Origin: an uncultured bacterium
Lineage (GTDB): Bacteria; Krumholzibacteriota; Krumholzibacteriia; Krumholzibacteriales; Krumholzibacteriaceae
Direction of reading: 5' to 3'
DNA: 64,000 nucleotides
Assembly (NCBI GenBank): GCA_963813815.1
Contig: CAWFAD010000012.1
Span: 64,001-128,000, forward strand
Shown: positions 39,162-47,741 of the stretch, piece after piece
Layout: each line of letters opens with the position of its first letter
Position numbering within the stretch: the first letter of the stretch is position 1
The notes under the pieces: model-generated
Told to the model about the DNA's origin: nothing
What the model saw: only the letters and a program-made list of their open reading frames with translations
The model's database searches: none
Position numbers and translations under genes: made by a program

Positions 39162-39633
39162 AGCTCCCGCCCACGAGCTTCTCGGGCACCTGCACGGCGA
39201 CGAGCTCGCCGCGCGCACAGGGCTTGCCGCCGGCCCTCAGCGTGGCCGTGACGACGATCTTTCGCCCCTTGATCTCCTTGACCTTCGCGCGCACCTCGAG
39301 GAGCGTGTCGATCGGAGTGGGCTGAAGGTAGTCCACGTGAAGCGACGCGGTGACGAATCGCCGCGGGGGATCGGACCCCATCTCCCGCCCCTCGGCCCGA
39401 TACGCCGCGGCCGACGCCGTTCCGGTGCAGTGGCAATCGATGAGGGAAGCGATGAGCCCCCCGTACACGTAACCGGGGATCGACGTGTGGTACGGCTTCG
39501 GCTCGAAGACGCACACCGCCTCGTCCCCGTCCCAGTAGCTCTTGATGTGGAGGCCGTGCTCGTTCAGCCGTCCGCAGCCGTAACACTGCGCGAAATTGTC
39601 CGGATAATATTCCTGGAACGCCTTCGGCGTCAT
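39145..39633 (-). CDS. PaaI/hotdog-fold thioesterase
   Basis: CYGCG...NEHGL, YGGLIASLIDCH and VTASLHVDYLQPTP motifs. Confidence 0.85.
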   Translation of the reverse strand: MTPKAFQEYYPDNFAQCYGCGRLNEHGLHIKSYWDGDEAVCVFEPKPYHTSIPGYVYGGLIASLIDCHCTGTASAAAYRAEGREMGSDPPRRFVTASLHVDYLQPTPIDTLLEVRAKVKEIKGRKIVVTATLRAGGKPCARGELVAVQVPEKLVGGSSTERA

Positions 39634-40797
39634 TTCAAGGCCTCCTTGCGTCCCGCGTAGAAGTCGCGGTAAAAGGATATCGAGCTCCAGACCTCTCGCG
39701 GGATAAGGGGCTCGCCGCGCAGAATGAAGTTCGCCATGTTGCGGCCGACGCCGGGGCCGAGCATGAAACCCTGCCCGCACATCCCGACCGCGAGATAGAG
39801 CCCATCCACTTCGCGCACCTTGTCGAGGATGATGATACCGTCGGGAGTCATGGGATAGAGGCCGCGCCAGGTGCGCCGGATGAGCATGTTCCGCAGCCGG
39901 GGTATGAGCTCGATCATGCGCCGCGCGAGCACGGGCATGAACTCGGACGTGTTCTCCTTGTTCGTGCCCCAGATTGGAACGATCGGCGTATAGCAGAAGA
40001 TGACCTGTCCCCGGTCGTTCTGGCCGAAGTAGAAGTTCTTGGTCTTGCCCTCGGGCCCCGGCCGGATATCGACGATGAGCGGGTCGAAGAACCGCTCCAT
40101 CGGGGCCGAAATGCCCGCCTCGTGGCAGTCGGGCGTGACGGGGATCTCGACGCCCGCCATCGCGCCGACCTCCTTCGCGAACGATCCCGCCGCGTTCACG
40201 ACGATGTTCGAGTGGTAGATCCCCGCGCGCGTTTTGACCGAGGCGATCCGGCCCCGCTTCACCGCGAGCCCCGTCACGGGCTCGTTGAAGCGGTACTCGC
40301 ATCCGCCGCCCGCGCTCACCTTCCAGAGAGCGGCCGCGTATTTCAGCGGCGATACCTGCCCGTCCCCGGGGAGAACGTGCCGCCGCGAAGATCCTTCTCG
40401 TTGATGCCCGGAACGAGCTTCTTGATGTCGTCGGGGCCGAGCCAGTCGATGTCGAGGCCGTGGCTCTTCTGGATGGAAAGGAGGCCCTTGAGGATGTTCT
40501 CTTCCGCCTCGCGGTACACCGGAAAACAGTATCCCCCCGGCACCCATCCGAGATCGATCCCCGTGCGCTCCTGGAAGGTCGAGTAGAACTCGAGGCTCTG
40601 GAGACAGAGCGTTATCTTCGCCGGATCGGAATGGGTCGCCCGGACGCCGCCGATCGCCGCCTTGTTCTCCCCCTGTCCCACCGACGCGTTCGACTCGAGA
40701 ACGAGAACCCGGAGCCGCTCGAGGGTGAGAAAGTGCGCGATGGCGAGCCCCACGCTCCCGCGCCGATGACGATGGCGTCGTAGCTCGCGCCTTTCAT
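39630..40797 (-). CDS. DAO-family FAD oxidoreductase (sarcosine oxidase beta / L-proline dehydrogenase beta-like); frameshifted as assembled
   Basis: YDAIVIGAG(S)VGL, AAIGGVRA, VVNAAG, RTWRGLYPMTPDG and GQGFMLGPGVG motifs; frame changes near 40762 and 40345. Confidence 0.85.
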
Positions 40798-42941
40798 GCG
40801 CCATCCCCTTCCCCATCGGAGCCGGCGAACACCCCGAGCGGCACCTCCGCCGTGAACGGCCTGTTCGTCGGCAGCGTGATCTCGCCCGCCGGAATCCCGG
40901 CCTCGCGGTAGAGCCTCAGTATGAGATCGGTGCACGTCTTTCCGCCGCACGCTCCCATGCCGGTGCGGATCGTGGCCTTGAGGATGTTCATGTCCCGCAC
41001 GCCGTCGCGAATCTCTTTTCGCACCTCGCCCGCCGTGATGCGCTCGCAGCGGCAGATGATCGTGTCGTCCGTCAGGGGCTCTCCGGCGGCCGGCGCCTTC
41101 GCGCCCTTCTCCGGCTCGAGCACGGTGAATCCCGCGACCGCGAAGGCGTCTCCCCGCGGCACCTCGATCGAAACGATCTTCCGCTTGGCGTCGATGTTGG
41201 AGGTGCGGAACGCGACGACGCGTCCCCGGCCGACCGCTCCACCTTCCATGTCGACCGTCTTGACTTCCTTCCCCTCCGCGAGATCCGTCGTTTCCAGCTC
41301 GTAGGGCAGCATGAGGAGCGACGTCTTCCGGGCGGGGTCGTACTCCGGCATGACGAGACTGATCGCGAGCCCCGGACAAACCGCGACGCAGTTCGTGCAG
41401 CCGATGCAATCCCCGCCGAACACGGGATTGCACATGATCGAGTCGCCGCTCAGGATGATGCTGTTTCGGGGGCAGCTGTCGGCGCACGGATTGCAGGGGA
41501 TCTCCTGAACGCAACGGATGATGGGGTAGACCCGCTTTTCGAATCTCGCGGGTTCGTCCGGGATCGTCCGTCCGGGCTTGCTGCGGAGCACCTTCGCCGT
41601 CGACTCCCACTCGTCCGGAACGTCGATGTCGCGGGCGAGCGACCTCGCTATCCGGCGCCCCGTGATTTTTCCGCTGAATATGGCGGCGGACGCCTCGGCG
41701 ATCTCCTCCGCGTCGCCGGCCTTGTAGCACTCGATTCCGTACCCGGCGAGCTTCTCGTAGAGCTCGTTCACCGGCGAGAGGCCGACGGCGATGAGGAGCG
41801 TGTCGACGTCGTACGACCGTTCCGTTCCGGCGATCGGCTTCCAGTCCCGGTCGAGGCCAGCGATCGTGATCCGCTCGAGCGCTTCCTTGCCTTCCGCCCG
41901 GAGCACCGTGTGGGAGGTGTGAACCGGCACGCCGAGACGGCGGAGCTTGTCGAGGTGCACCTTGTATCCCCCGCATTGCGGAAGGGCCTCGACGAGCCCC
42001 ACGACGGTGATCCCCGCCTGGATCGCGTGGTAGCCGGTGATGAGACCGACGTTCCCGCCGCCGACGACGAAAAGGCGCCTCGTCGGAAGAACGAGATCGC
42101 GGTTCAGGATCGTCTGGAAGGCGCCCGCGCCGTAGACTCCCGGGAGATCGCAGCCGGGAAAGGCGAGGCTCTTTTCGCGCGCCCCGCACGCCACGAGAAC
42201 GACGCGCGGTCTCGCGAGATAATACCGGCGGCCCTGTTGGAGACCGATCTGCTTGTCCCAGAAGGCGCCGACGGCGGTCGTGTCGAGCATCACCGATACG
42301 CTCGGGTACCGATCGAGCCTTCCGGTCAGGATATGCGCGATCTCGATGCCCCGCGTGCCCGCGTAGCAATCGTCGCGCGAGCCGAAAAAGGTGTGCGTCT
42401 GCAGGGTGAGCTTTCCGCCGAGCTCGTTCTTGTCGTCCACGACGAGCGTTTTGATCCCGAGCTCCCCAAGCTCGGCCGCCGCGTTGATGCCCGCGGGGCC
42501 GCCTCCGATGACGAGAACCTCGGTCTCGATCGTTTCGATCTCCCTGAACGCGGGGAGCGCATCGGCCGCGGGGAGAGCGGGCGAGCCGTCGCAGCTTTCG
42601 ACGCGCATCCCCTCGCTCACGACTTGCATGCATCCCTTCACGGGGACGCCCCCGACGAGGACCATGCACTGGCTGCACTGGCCGTTCGCGCAGAAGATGC
42701 CCTGCGGCCCTCCGTCGCGTTCGTGGTGGCCGAAGACCTGAATGCCGTTCGCGAAGAGCGCCGTCGTGACGACCTCTCCCTCGTACGCCTTCATCGGCGC
42801 GCCGTTCCAGGTGAAGGACACGCTCGCCCGTTCGCGTATCGGCAGGATCGGGTGGCTCCTGACGCGGAATTCCCCCATCGCGCGAAGCGTCGCGCTCGAA
42901 ACCGGCGTGGAGCGGGAGGTTTTCTTCATCTCGATCGACAC
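40794..42941 (-). CDS. Sarcosine oxidase alpha / proline dehydrogenase alpha-like multidomain flavoprotein (2Fe-2S + FAD + 2x4Fe-4S + BFD-like 2Fe-2S)
   Basis: FCANGQCSQC, VIGGGPAG, GGKLTLQTH, VVGGGNVG, EIPCNPCADSCP, CIGCTNCVAVCPG and ICRCER...GMGACGGKTC motifs. Confidence 0.85.
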   Translation of the reverse strand: MSIEMKKTSRSTPVSSATLRAMGEFRVRSHPILPIRERASVSFTWNGAPMKAYEGEVVTTALFANGIQVFGHHERDGGPQGIFCANGQCSQCMVLVGGVPVKGCMQVVSEGMRVESCDGSPALPAADALPAFREIETIETEVLVIGGGPAGINAAAELGELGIKTLVVDDKNELGGKLTLQTHTFFGSRDDCYAGTRGIEIAHILTGRLDRYPSVSVMLDTTAVGAFWDKQIGLQQGRRYYLARPRVVLVACGAREKSLAFPGCDLPGVYGAGAFQTILNRDLVLPTRRLFVVGGGNVGLITGYHAIQAGITVVGLVEALPQCGGYKVHLDKLRRLGVPVHTSHTVLRAEGKEALERITIAGLDRDWKPIAGTERSYDVDTLLIAVGLSPVNELYEKLAGYGIECYKAGDAEEIAEASAAIFSGKITGRRIARSLARDIDVPDEWESTAKVLRSKPGRTIPDEPARFEKRVYPIIRCVQEIPCNPCADSCPRNSIILSGDSIMCNPVFGGDCIGCTNCVAVCPGLAISLVMPEYDPARKTSLLMLPYELETTDLAEGKEVKTVDMEGGAVGRGRVVAFRTSNIDAKRKIVSIEVPRGDAFAVAGFTVLEPEKGAKAPAAGEPLTDDTIICRCERITAGEVRKEIRDGVRDMNILKATIRTGMGACGGKTCTDLILRLYREAGIPAGEITLPTNRPFTAEVPLGVFAGSDGEGDGA

Positions 42942-44090
42942 CTATTTCGCGAGCCTCGCCGCGGCGAGGGTCAGGAGATCCTTCACGTCGACGGGCGCCT
43001 TGCGCCACGACGTGCCGCCGAGCACTTCGGCGTAGAGGAGCGTGCATTTCGGACAGGCGGTGACGAGCGTGCCGGCGCCGGCGCGGTGCGCCTCGACGAG
43101 GCGCTCGTCGACGGCCGTCCTCGTGTGCGGCCCGTGATCGACGAGCGATCCGGCCCCGCAGCACGGGGCCTTCGCGCCCCGCCGCTCGAGCTCGACGAGC
43201 CCCGCCGAAGAAAGGGAGCTCAGCAGCTTTCTCGGAGCGTCCTCGACCCCGAGGGATCGGCACAGATAGCAGGGATCGTGAAACGCGAATTTCTCCTCGC
43301 CGGCGCGAAAGACGAGCCCGCCGAGACGCTCGGCGATGTACTCGGTGACGTGCCGGATCTCGATCGGCGCTCCGCCGAGCTCTCCGGCGTAATTGAATTT
43401 CAGCGTGAAGGCGCATTCGGGACACACGGTGAGAACGGTCTTCGCCTTCGCCTTCTTCAGCAGGGCCGCGTTGTGGCGCGCGAGAGCGGCGAACGCCTCG
43501 CGATCGCCCGTGTCGTACAGATCCCTGCCGCAGCAGCGCTCGTCCTCGAGAATCGCCGGGGCGACGCCGAGGCCGTTGAGGAGTCTCACCGCGGCCCTCG
43601 CCATGCCGCCGAAGGCTCCCGGCTCGACACCAATGCCGAGGGAATCGAAGAGCGCGAGGCATCCGGCGAACAGCACGACGGCGCTCTCCGGATCGAGCTC
43701 GAGCGACTTGTCGACCCACGAGTGGCGGGCCTTCGCCGCTCCCTGCCGGACCCCGGTCTCGAGCCTTTTCTGATACTGGCGGACGAGGCCACCGTGAATC
43801 GGCCGGCAATCGGATCTGCCGACGCGGAGCTCCCGGACGAAATCGGCGAATTCGACCTTGAAGGGACACGCCTCGGTGCACGCCCGGCACGTGACGCACG
43901 TCCAAATCAGCCGGTGCTCGCGAGCGGCCGCCTCCCCGCCCCGGAGAAAGAGTTGAGCGAGATCGCGGGGATGGTGCTTGCCGTAGTGCCGGTAAACGGG
44001 ACAGACCTCTGCGCACTCGTTCGCGCAGCGCGTGCAATCCTCGATGCGGAAGCTTTCCTTGATTTCCTGTTCGTTCATTTCGATTTCCAT
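42942..44090 (-). CDS. HdrD/GlpC-like Fe-S protein with two CCG domains
   Basis: CTRC...CAEVCP, CVTCRACTEACP, ERCCG, VCPEC, FHDPCYL, PCCGAG and TACPKC motifs. Confidence 0.85.
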   Translation of the reverse strand: MEIEMNEQEIKESFRIEDCTRCANECAEVCPVYRHYGKHHPRDLAQLFLRGGEAAAREHRLIWTCVTCRACTEACPFKVEFADFVRELRVGRSDCRPIHGGLVRQYQKRLETGVRQGAAKARHSWVDKSLELDPESAVVLFAGCLALFDSLGIGVEPGAFGGMARAAVRLLNGLGVAPAILEDERCCGRDLYDTGDREAFAALARHNAALLKKAKAKTVLTVCPECAFTLKFNYAGELGGAPIEIRHVTEYIAERLGGLVFRAGEEKFAFHDPCYLCRSLGVEDAPRKLLSSLSSAGLVELERRGAKAPCCGAGSLVDHGPHTRTAVDERLVEAHRAGAGTLVTACPKCTLLYAEVLGGTSWRKAPVDVKDLLTLAAARLAK

Positions 44091-46336
44091 GCCCACCGGT
44101 CGACGGCGAGCGCGAACTCGCCGGGACTCGTCGAAATTTCCGTCACGACGTTCGGGTTGCAGCCGAACACGCGGAGCAGATCCCGCGCCCGCTCCGCGAC
44201 GAGACGCGAGCGCGAGCGCCCGAATCCGTAATGGCAGACCTCCTCACGGCAGCCGCAGACGAGAATCCTCTGGCTGCCGCGAAGCGCCGCCTCGACGATG
44301 AGGGACGGCGCGATGCGTCCCGTGCACATCGTCTCGATCACGAGCACGCCGCCCGGCAGCTCGAGCCGCGCGGGGCGCGCCCAGCGGCAGACGAAGAGGA
44401 CCTTCGTTCTCGTCGAAACCGAGGCGAGCGCTCGCATGATCGCCCCGTGCTCGAAATTGTCTTGATCGGCGGCGCCCGTCGGGCACGCGCCGGCGCAGAT
44501 TCCGCAACCCTTGCAGGCGAGCTCGTCGACGCGGGCGACGAGACGGTTCCCCGGACGCGATTCGACCTGGATCGCCCGGTACCCGCACACCTCGGCGCAG
44601 CGTCCGCAGCCGATGCAGAGCCCCTCGTCGACCCGCGCGATCGTGCGGACGACGGCGGCCTCCGTCTCTTCCTCCCCCGCCCGCACGCGGACCGTCCGCG
44701 GCAGGGCAGACCAGAACTCGCGCCCCGCATGCGCGCCGAGGGTGAAATCCCCTCCGAACTTCAGGAGCAGGTCCTTCTTCTCGCAGATATCCACGCAAAC
44801 CGAGCACTCCGCGCAGGGGCCGCAGCGGAGGCACCGCCTCGCCTCGCGGCGCGCCTCCCGATCGGAGAGCCCCTTCTCGACCTCCCGGAAATCGTTCCGC
44901 CTCGCCCGCGCCCCCTCGACCGGCATGGTCGCGCGTCGCGGGTGATCTTCCGGAACGATCTCGAGCGTGTACTCCTCGTGCGCTATCGAATCGTCGATCG
45001 TGAGATCGAGCGGAGAGGAAAGAGTCTCGCCGCTCAGATGGTGATGGATGCCGAGGGCCGCCCGCTGCCCCGACGCGATCGCCTCCACGACGGTTCTCGG
45101 ACCGGTGACGAGGTCGCCCGCGGCGAACACGCCACCCGCGGCGGCGGCGGATGTCGCCGGATCGATCGCAAGCGTTCCGGCGGGGGTCGTTTCGAGACCG
45201 AGAGAGGCGGCGAACCCCCTGACGTCGATCCCCCGCGTATGCGCGTCGACGAAGACGTCCGCCTCGACGGCGAACTCGCCGTCGGGACGCTCGCTCAGCT
45301 CGCGCCGGCCCGTTGCGTCCTTCGATCCCTCGACGAGCGGCGAACAGACGACCGCCTCGAGCGTCCGGCCTCTCCTCGCGAGGCGCAGCGGCCGGACGAG
45401 AAACTTGAAAACGAGGCCTTCCCCTTCGGCGAGCTCGATATCGCCGCGGTGAAGCGCGGCGAGCTCGCGGCTCGAGCCCACGAGATAGGTGACGCGCCGC
45501 GCTCCGAGCCGGAGCGCCGTACGGGCGCAGTCGAGCGCCATCATGCCCTCGCCGGCGACGACGACGCTCTTTCCCTCGACGATCGCCCGCGCCTTCGCGC
45601 GCTCGCCCTCCGCCGGAGCGGCCGCCGCCTCGAGGAGCTCGATCGCGTGCAGCGCCCCTCCTCTCCCCGCCGGTCCCCATTTCCAAGAGGGTTTCCACGC
45701 GCCGTTCGCGAGGAGCAGCACCCGGTATCCCCGCCGCTTGAGCCGGCTCCACGTGACGTCCCGGCCGAACTGCACGCCCGTTTCGAGCTCGATCCCCATC
45801 TCGAGAATCATGCTCGATTCCCTCCGGACGACCTCCGCGGGAAGTCTGAATCCCGGTATGAGATTCATCATGCCGCCCGGAATCTCCCTCGCTTCGAAGA
45901 TCGTGACGGCGTACCCGAGGCTCGCGAGCGCCGCCGCCGCGGAAAGCCCGGCCGGACCGGCGCCGATGACGGCGACTTTCTCCGGGCGGCTCCTCGCGGC
46001 CCTCGCGGACGGACGGATTCCGCGCTTCATCTCGAGATCGGACACGAAGCGTTTCAGCGCGCACACGGCCACCGCCTCGTCGTGCCTGCCCCGCGTGCAC
46101 GCCGCCTCGCACGGCCGCGGGCAGACGCGCCCGCAGACCCCGGGGAACGGATTCCGCTCGCGGATGAGCTCGAGAGCTTCGGCGTAGCGCCCGTCGGCGA
46201 TGAGCGACACGTAGCCGCGCGCGTTGATGCGCGTCGGGCACGCCAGCGTGCAGGGGGAGGTCTCGAGGGGAACGAGCTCCCACGTTCTCTCGCCCTGCGG
46301 CATGCGAACCCGTATCGTTTCCGCCGCGCGTTTCAT
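44075..46336 (-). CDS. GltD/NfnB-like flavoprotein fused to 2x4Fe-4S and an MvhD/FlpD-like 2Fe-2S domain (HdrA/HdrL-like architecture)
   Basis: SPCTLACP, CGRVCPRPCEAAC, VIGAGPAGL, FAAGDLVTGP, EARRCLRCG, CIGCGRCAEVC and CKGCGICAGACP; C-terminal FVCRW...MCTGRI...CGC...CHYG. Confidence 0.85.
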   Translation of the reverse strand: MKRAAETIRVRMPQGERTWELVPLETSPCTLACPTRINARGYVSLIADGRYAEALELIRERNPFPGVCGRVCPRPCEAACTRGRHDEAVAVCALKRFVSDLEMKRGIRPSARAARSRPEKVAVIGAGPAGLSAAAALASLGYAVTIFEAREIPGGMMNLIPGFRLPAEVVRRESSMILEMGIELETGVQFGRDVTWSRLKRRGYRVLLLANGAWKPSWKWGPAGRGGALHAIELLEAAAAPAEGERAKARAIVEGKSVVVAGEGMMALDCARTALRLGARRVTYLVGSSRELAALHRGDIELAEGEGLVFKFLVRPLRLARRGRTLEAVVCSPLVEGSKDATGRRELSERPDGEFAVEADVFVDAHTRGIDVRGFAASLGLETTPAGTLAIDPATSAAAAGGVFAAGDLVTGPRTVVEAIASGQRAALGIHHHLSGETLSSPLDLTIDDSIAHEEYTLEIVPEDHPRRATMPVEGARARRNDFREVEKGLSDREARREARRCLRCGPCAECSVCVDICEKKDLLLKFGGDFTLGAHAGREFWSALPRTVRVRAGEEETEAAVVRTIARVDEGLCIGCGRCAEVCGYRAIQVESRPGNRLVARVDELACKGCGICAGACPTGAADQDNFEHGAIMRALASVSTRTKVLFVCRWARPARLELPGGVLVIETMCTGRIAPSLIVEAALRGSQRILVCGCREEVCHYGFGRSRSRLVAERARDLLRVFGCNPNVVTEISTSPGEFALAVDRWAWKSK

Positions 46337-47158
46337 GCCGTGCGCGCCCCCTTCTTCCGCCCTCCGCGCCCCGTAGTCCGGCCCGCGGGCTTTCCCGCCG
46401 CCGGCTTGCGCGGCGATCGCCCGCCCCGCCGCGCGAGGGCGACCGCCACGAGGGGATGCGTCCCCGCCTCGCCGCGCTGCTTCTGGTCGATCTCGCAGCG
46501 CGCGCATTCGTAGTTCAGCGAGCAGACCGCGTCCGGCAAAAAGCCCATGAGGGTATAGCGGCAGAGGTGCTCCCCCCCCCTGCTTGCGGAGCTCGAGGAC
46601 GCGCGTGTATTCCATCTGAACGGCCCCCGTGGGGCATACGAAGGTGCACGCCCCGCAGGCGATGCACTTCGAATGATCGATGCCGTAGGGGGAGTCGACT
46701 TTCCTGTCGATCCCCCGTTCGGCGAAGCCTATCGCGTTCGCCCCGACGATCTCGGCGCACGTGCGGACGCACAGCCCGCAGAGGATGCAGTTGTCGTCGA
46801 GGGGGACAAAACGCGATTTGACGACGCCGTATCGCGCGGCGAGCTTCTTCACGTACGGAGCGTTCGGCGAGCGCGCGAGCAGCAGCTCGAGCAGAAACTT
46901 TCTCAGAGCGCGTATCCTCTCCGTCTCCGAACGCACCTCGAGCCCGTCGGCGACCGGATAGAGGCACGAGGTCACGATCCGCCAGCGTTTCTTGCCCCTC
47001 TCTCTGACCTCCACGACGCAGAGCCGGCAGGCTCCATAGGGTTCGAGAGCGTCGTGAGCGCAGACGGCGGGAATGTCGACGCCCGCGGCGCGCGCCGCGT
47101 CGAGCACGCTCTCCCCTTCCCGCGCCGGCCTCGCCCTGCCGTTCAGGATAAACCTCAT
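46333..47158 (-). CDS. NuoG/HydA N-terminal-like Fe-S subunit (BfuA-like) with a Cys-rich C-terminal extension; frameshift in a poly-C run near 46575
   Basis: IPAVC...GACRLCVVEV...TSC, CILCGLCVRTC and CIACGACTFVCP; it continues in another frame as HLCRYTLMGFLPDAVCSLNYECARCEIDQ. Confidence 0.8.
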
Positions 47159-47694
47159 GTATAGCTCTCCAGCGCCTTGTCGACCGTGAGGTGGTCGAGC
47201 TTGCCGTGTATGTTTCCGTCGATCGTCATGACCGGAGCCTGACCGCAGCATCCGAGACACCGGACCGTCTCGAACGAAAAACGTCCGTCGGCGGTCGTCC
47301 CGCCCTCCGCGATTCCGAGCGTCCGCTCGATCGCATCCTTTACCCGCTCCCCGCCCCGCACGTGGCAGGCCGTCCCCATGCAGAGGCATACCTCGTGGCG
47401 GCCGCGGGGCTCGAGCCGGAAGGCCTTGTAGAAGGTCGCGATCGCGTAGAGGCGCGTCATCGGCACGTCGAGCTCCCGCGCGATGTACCGCAGATCCGCC
47501 TCGCCGAGGTAGCGGCGCTTCTCCTGAAGATCCTGGAGAATGGCGATGATCTGGACGCTCGCGCGTCCGTGCCGCTCGAGGACCTCCTCGATGGCCGATG
47601 CCTCTGGCGCCGCCGGAGACGGCACGGCCGTCGAGGGGCCGCGCCGCGCGGCGAGCGCGCGTTCGATGGCTCGTATGCTCTCGCTTCCGCTCAT
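47155..47694 (-). CDS. NuoE/HydC-like 2Fe-2S subunit (BfuC-like), copy 2
   Basis: ATFYKAF, CMGTACHVRG and RCLGCCGQAP motifs. Confidence 0.9.
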   Translation of the reverse strand: MSGSESIRAIERALAARRGPSTAVPSPAAPEASAIEEVLERHGRASVQIIAILQDLQEKRRYLGEADLRYIARELDVPMTRLYAIATFYKAFRLEPRGRHEVCLCMGTACHVRGGERVKDAIERTLGIAEGGTTADGRFSFETVRCLGCCGQAPVMTIDGNIHGKLDHLTVDKALESYT

Positions 47695-47741
47695 GGCTTG
47701 TGTCCCGGGCGGCCCCGGAGGGGGGCCTCCTTCGCGCGGCG

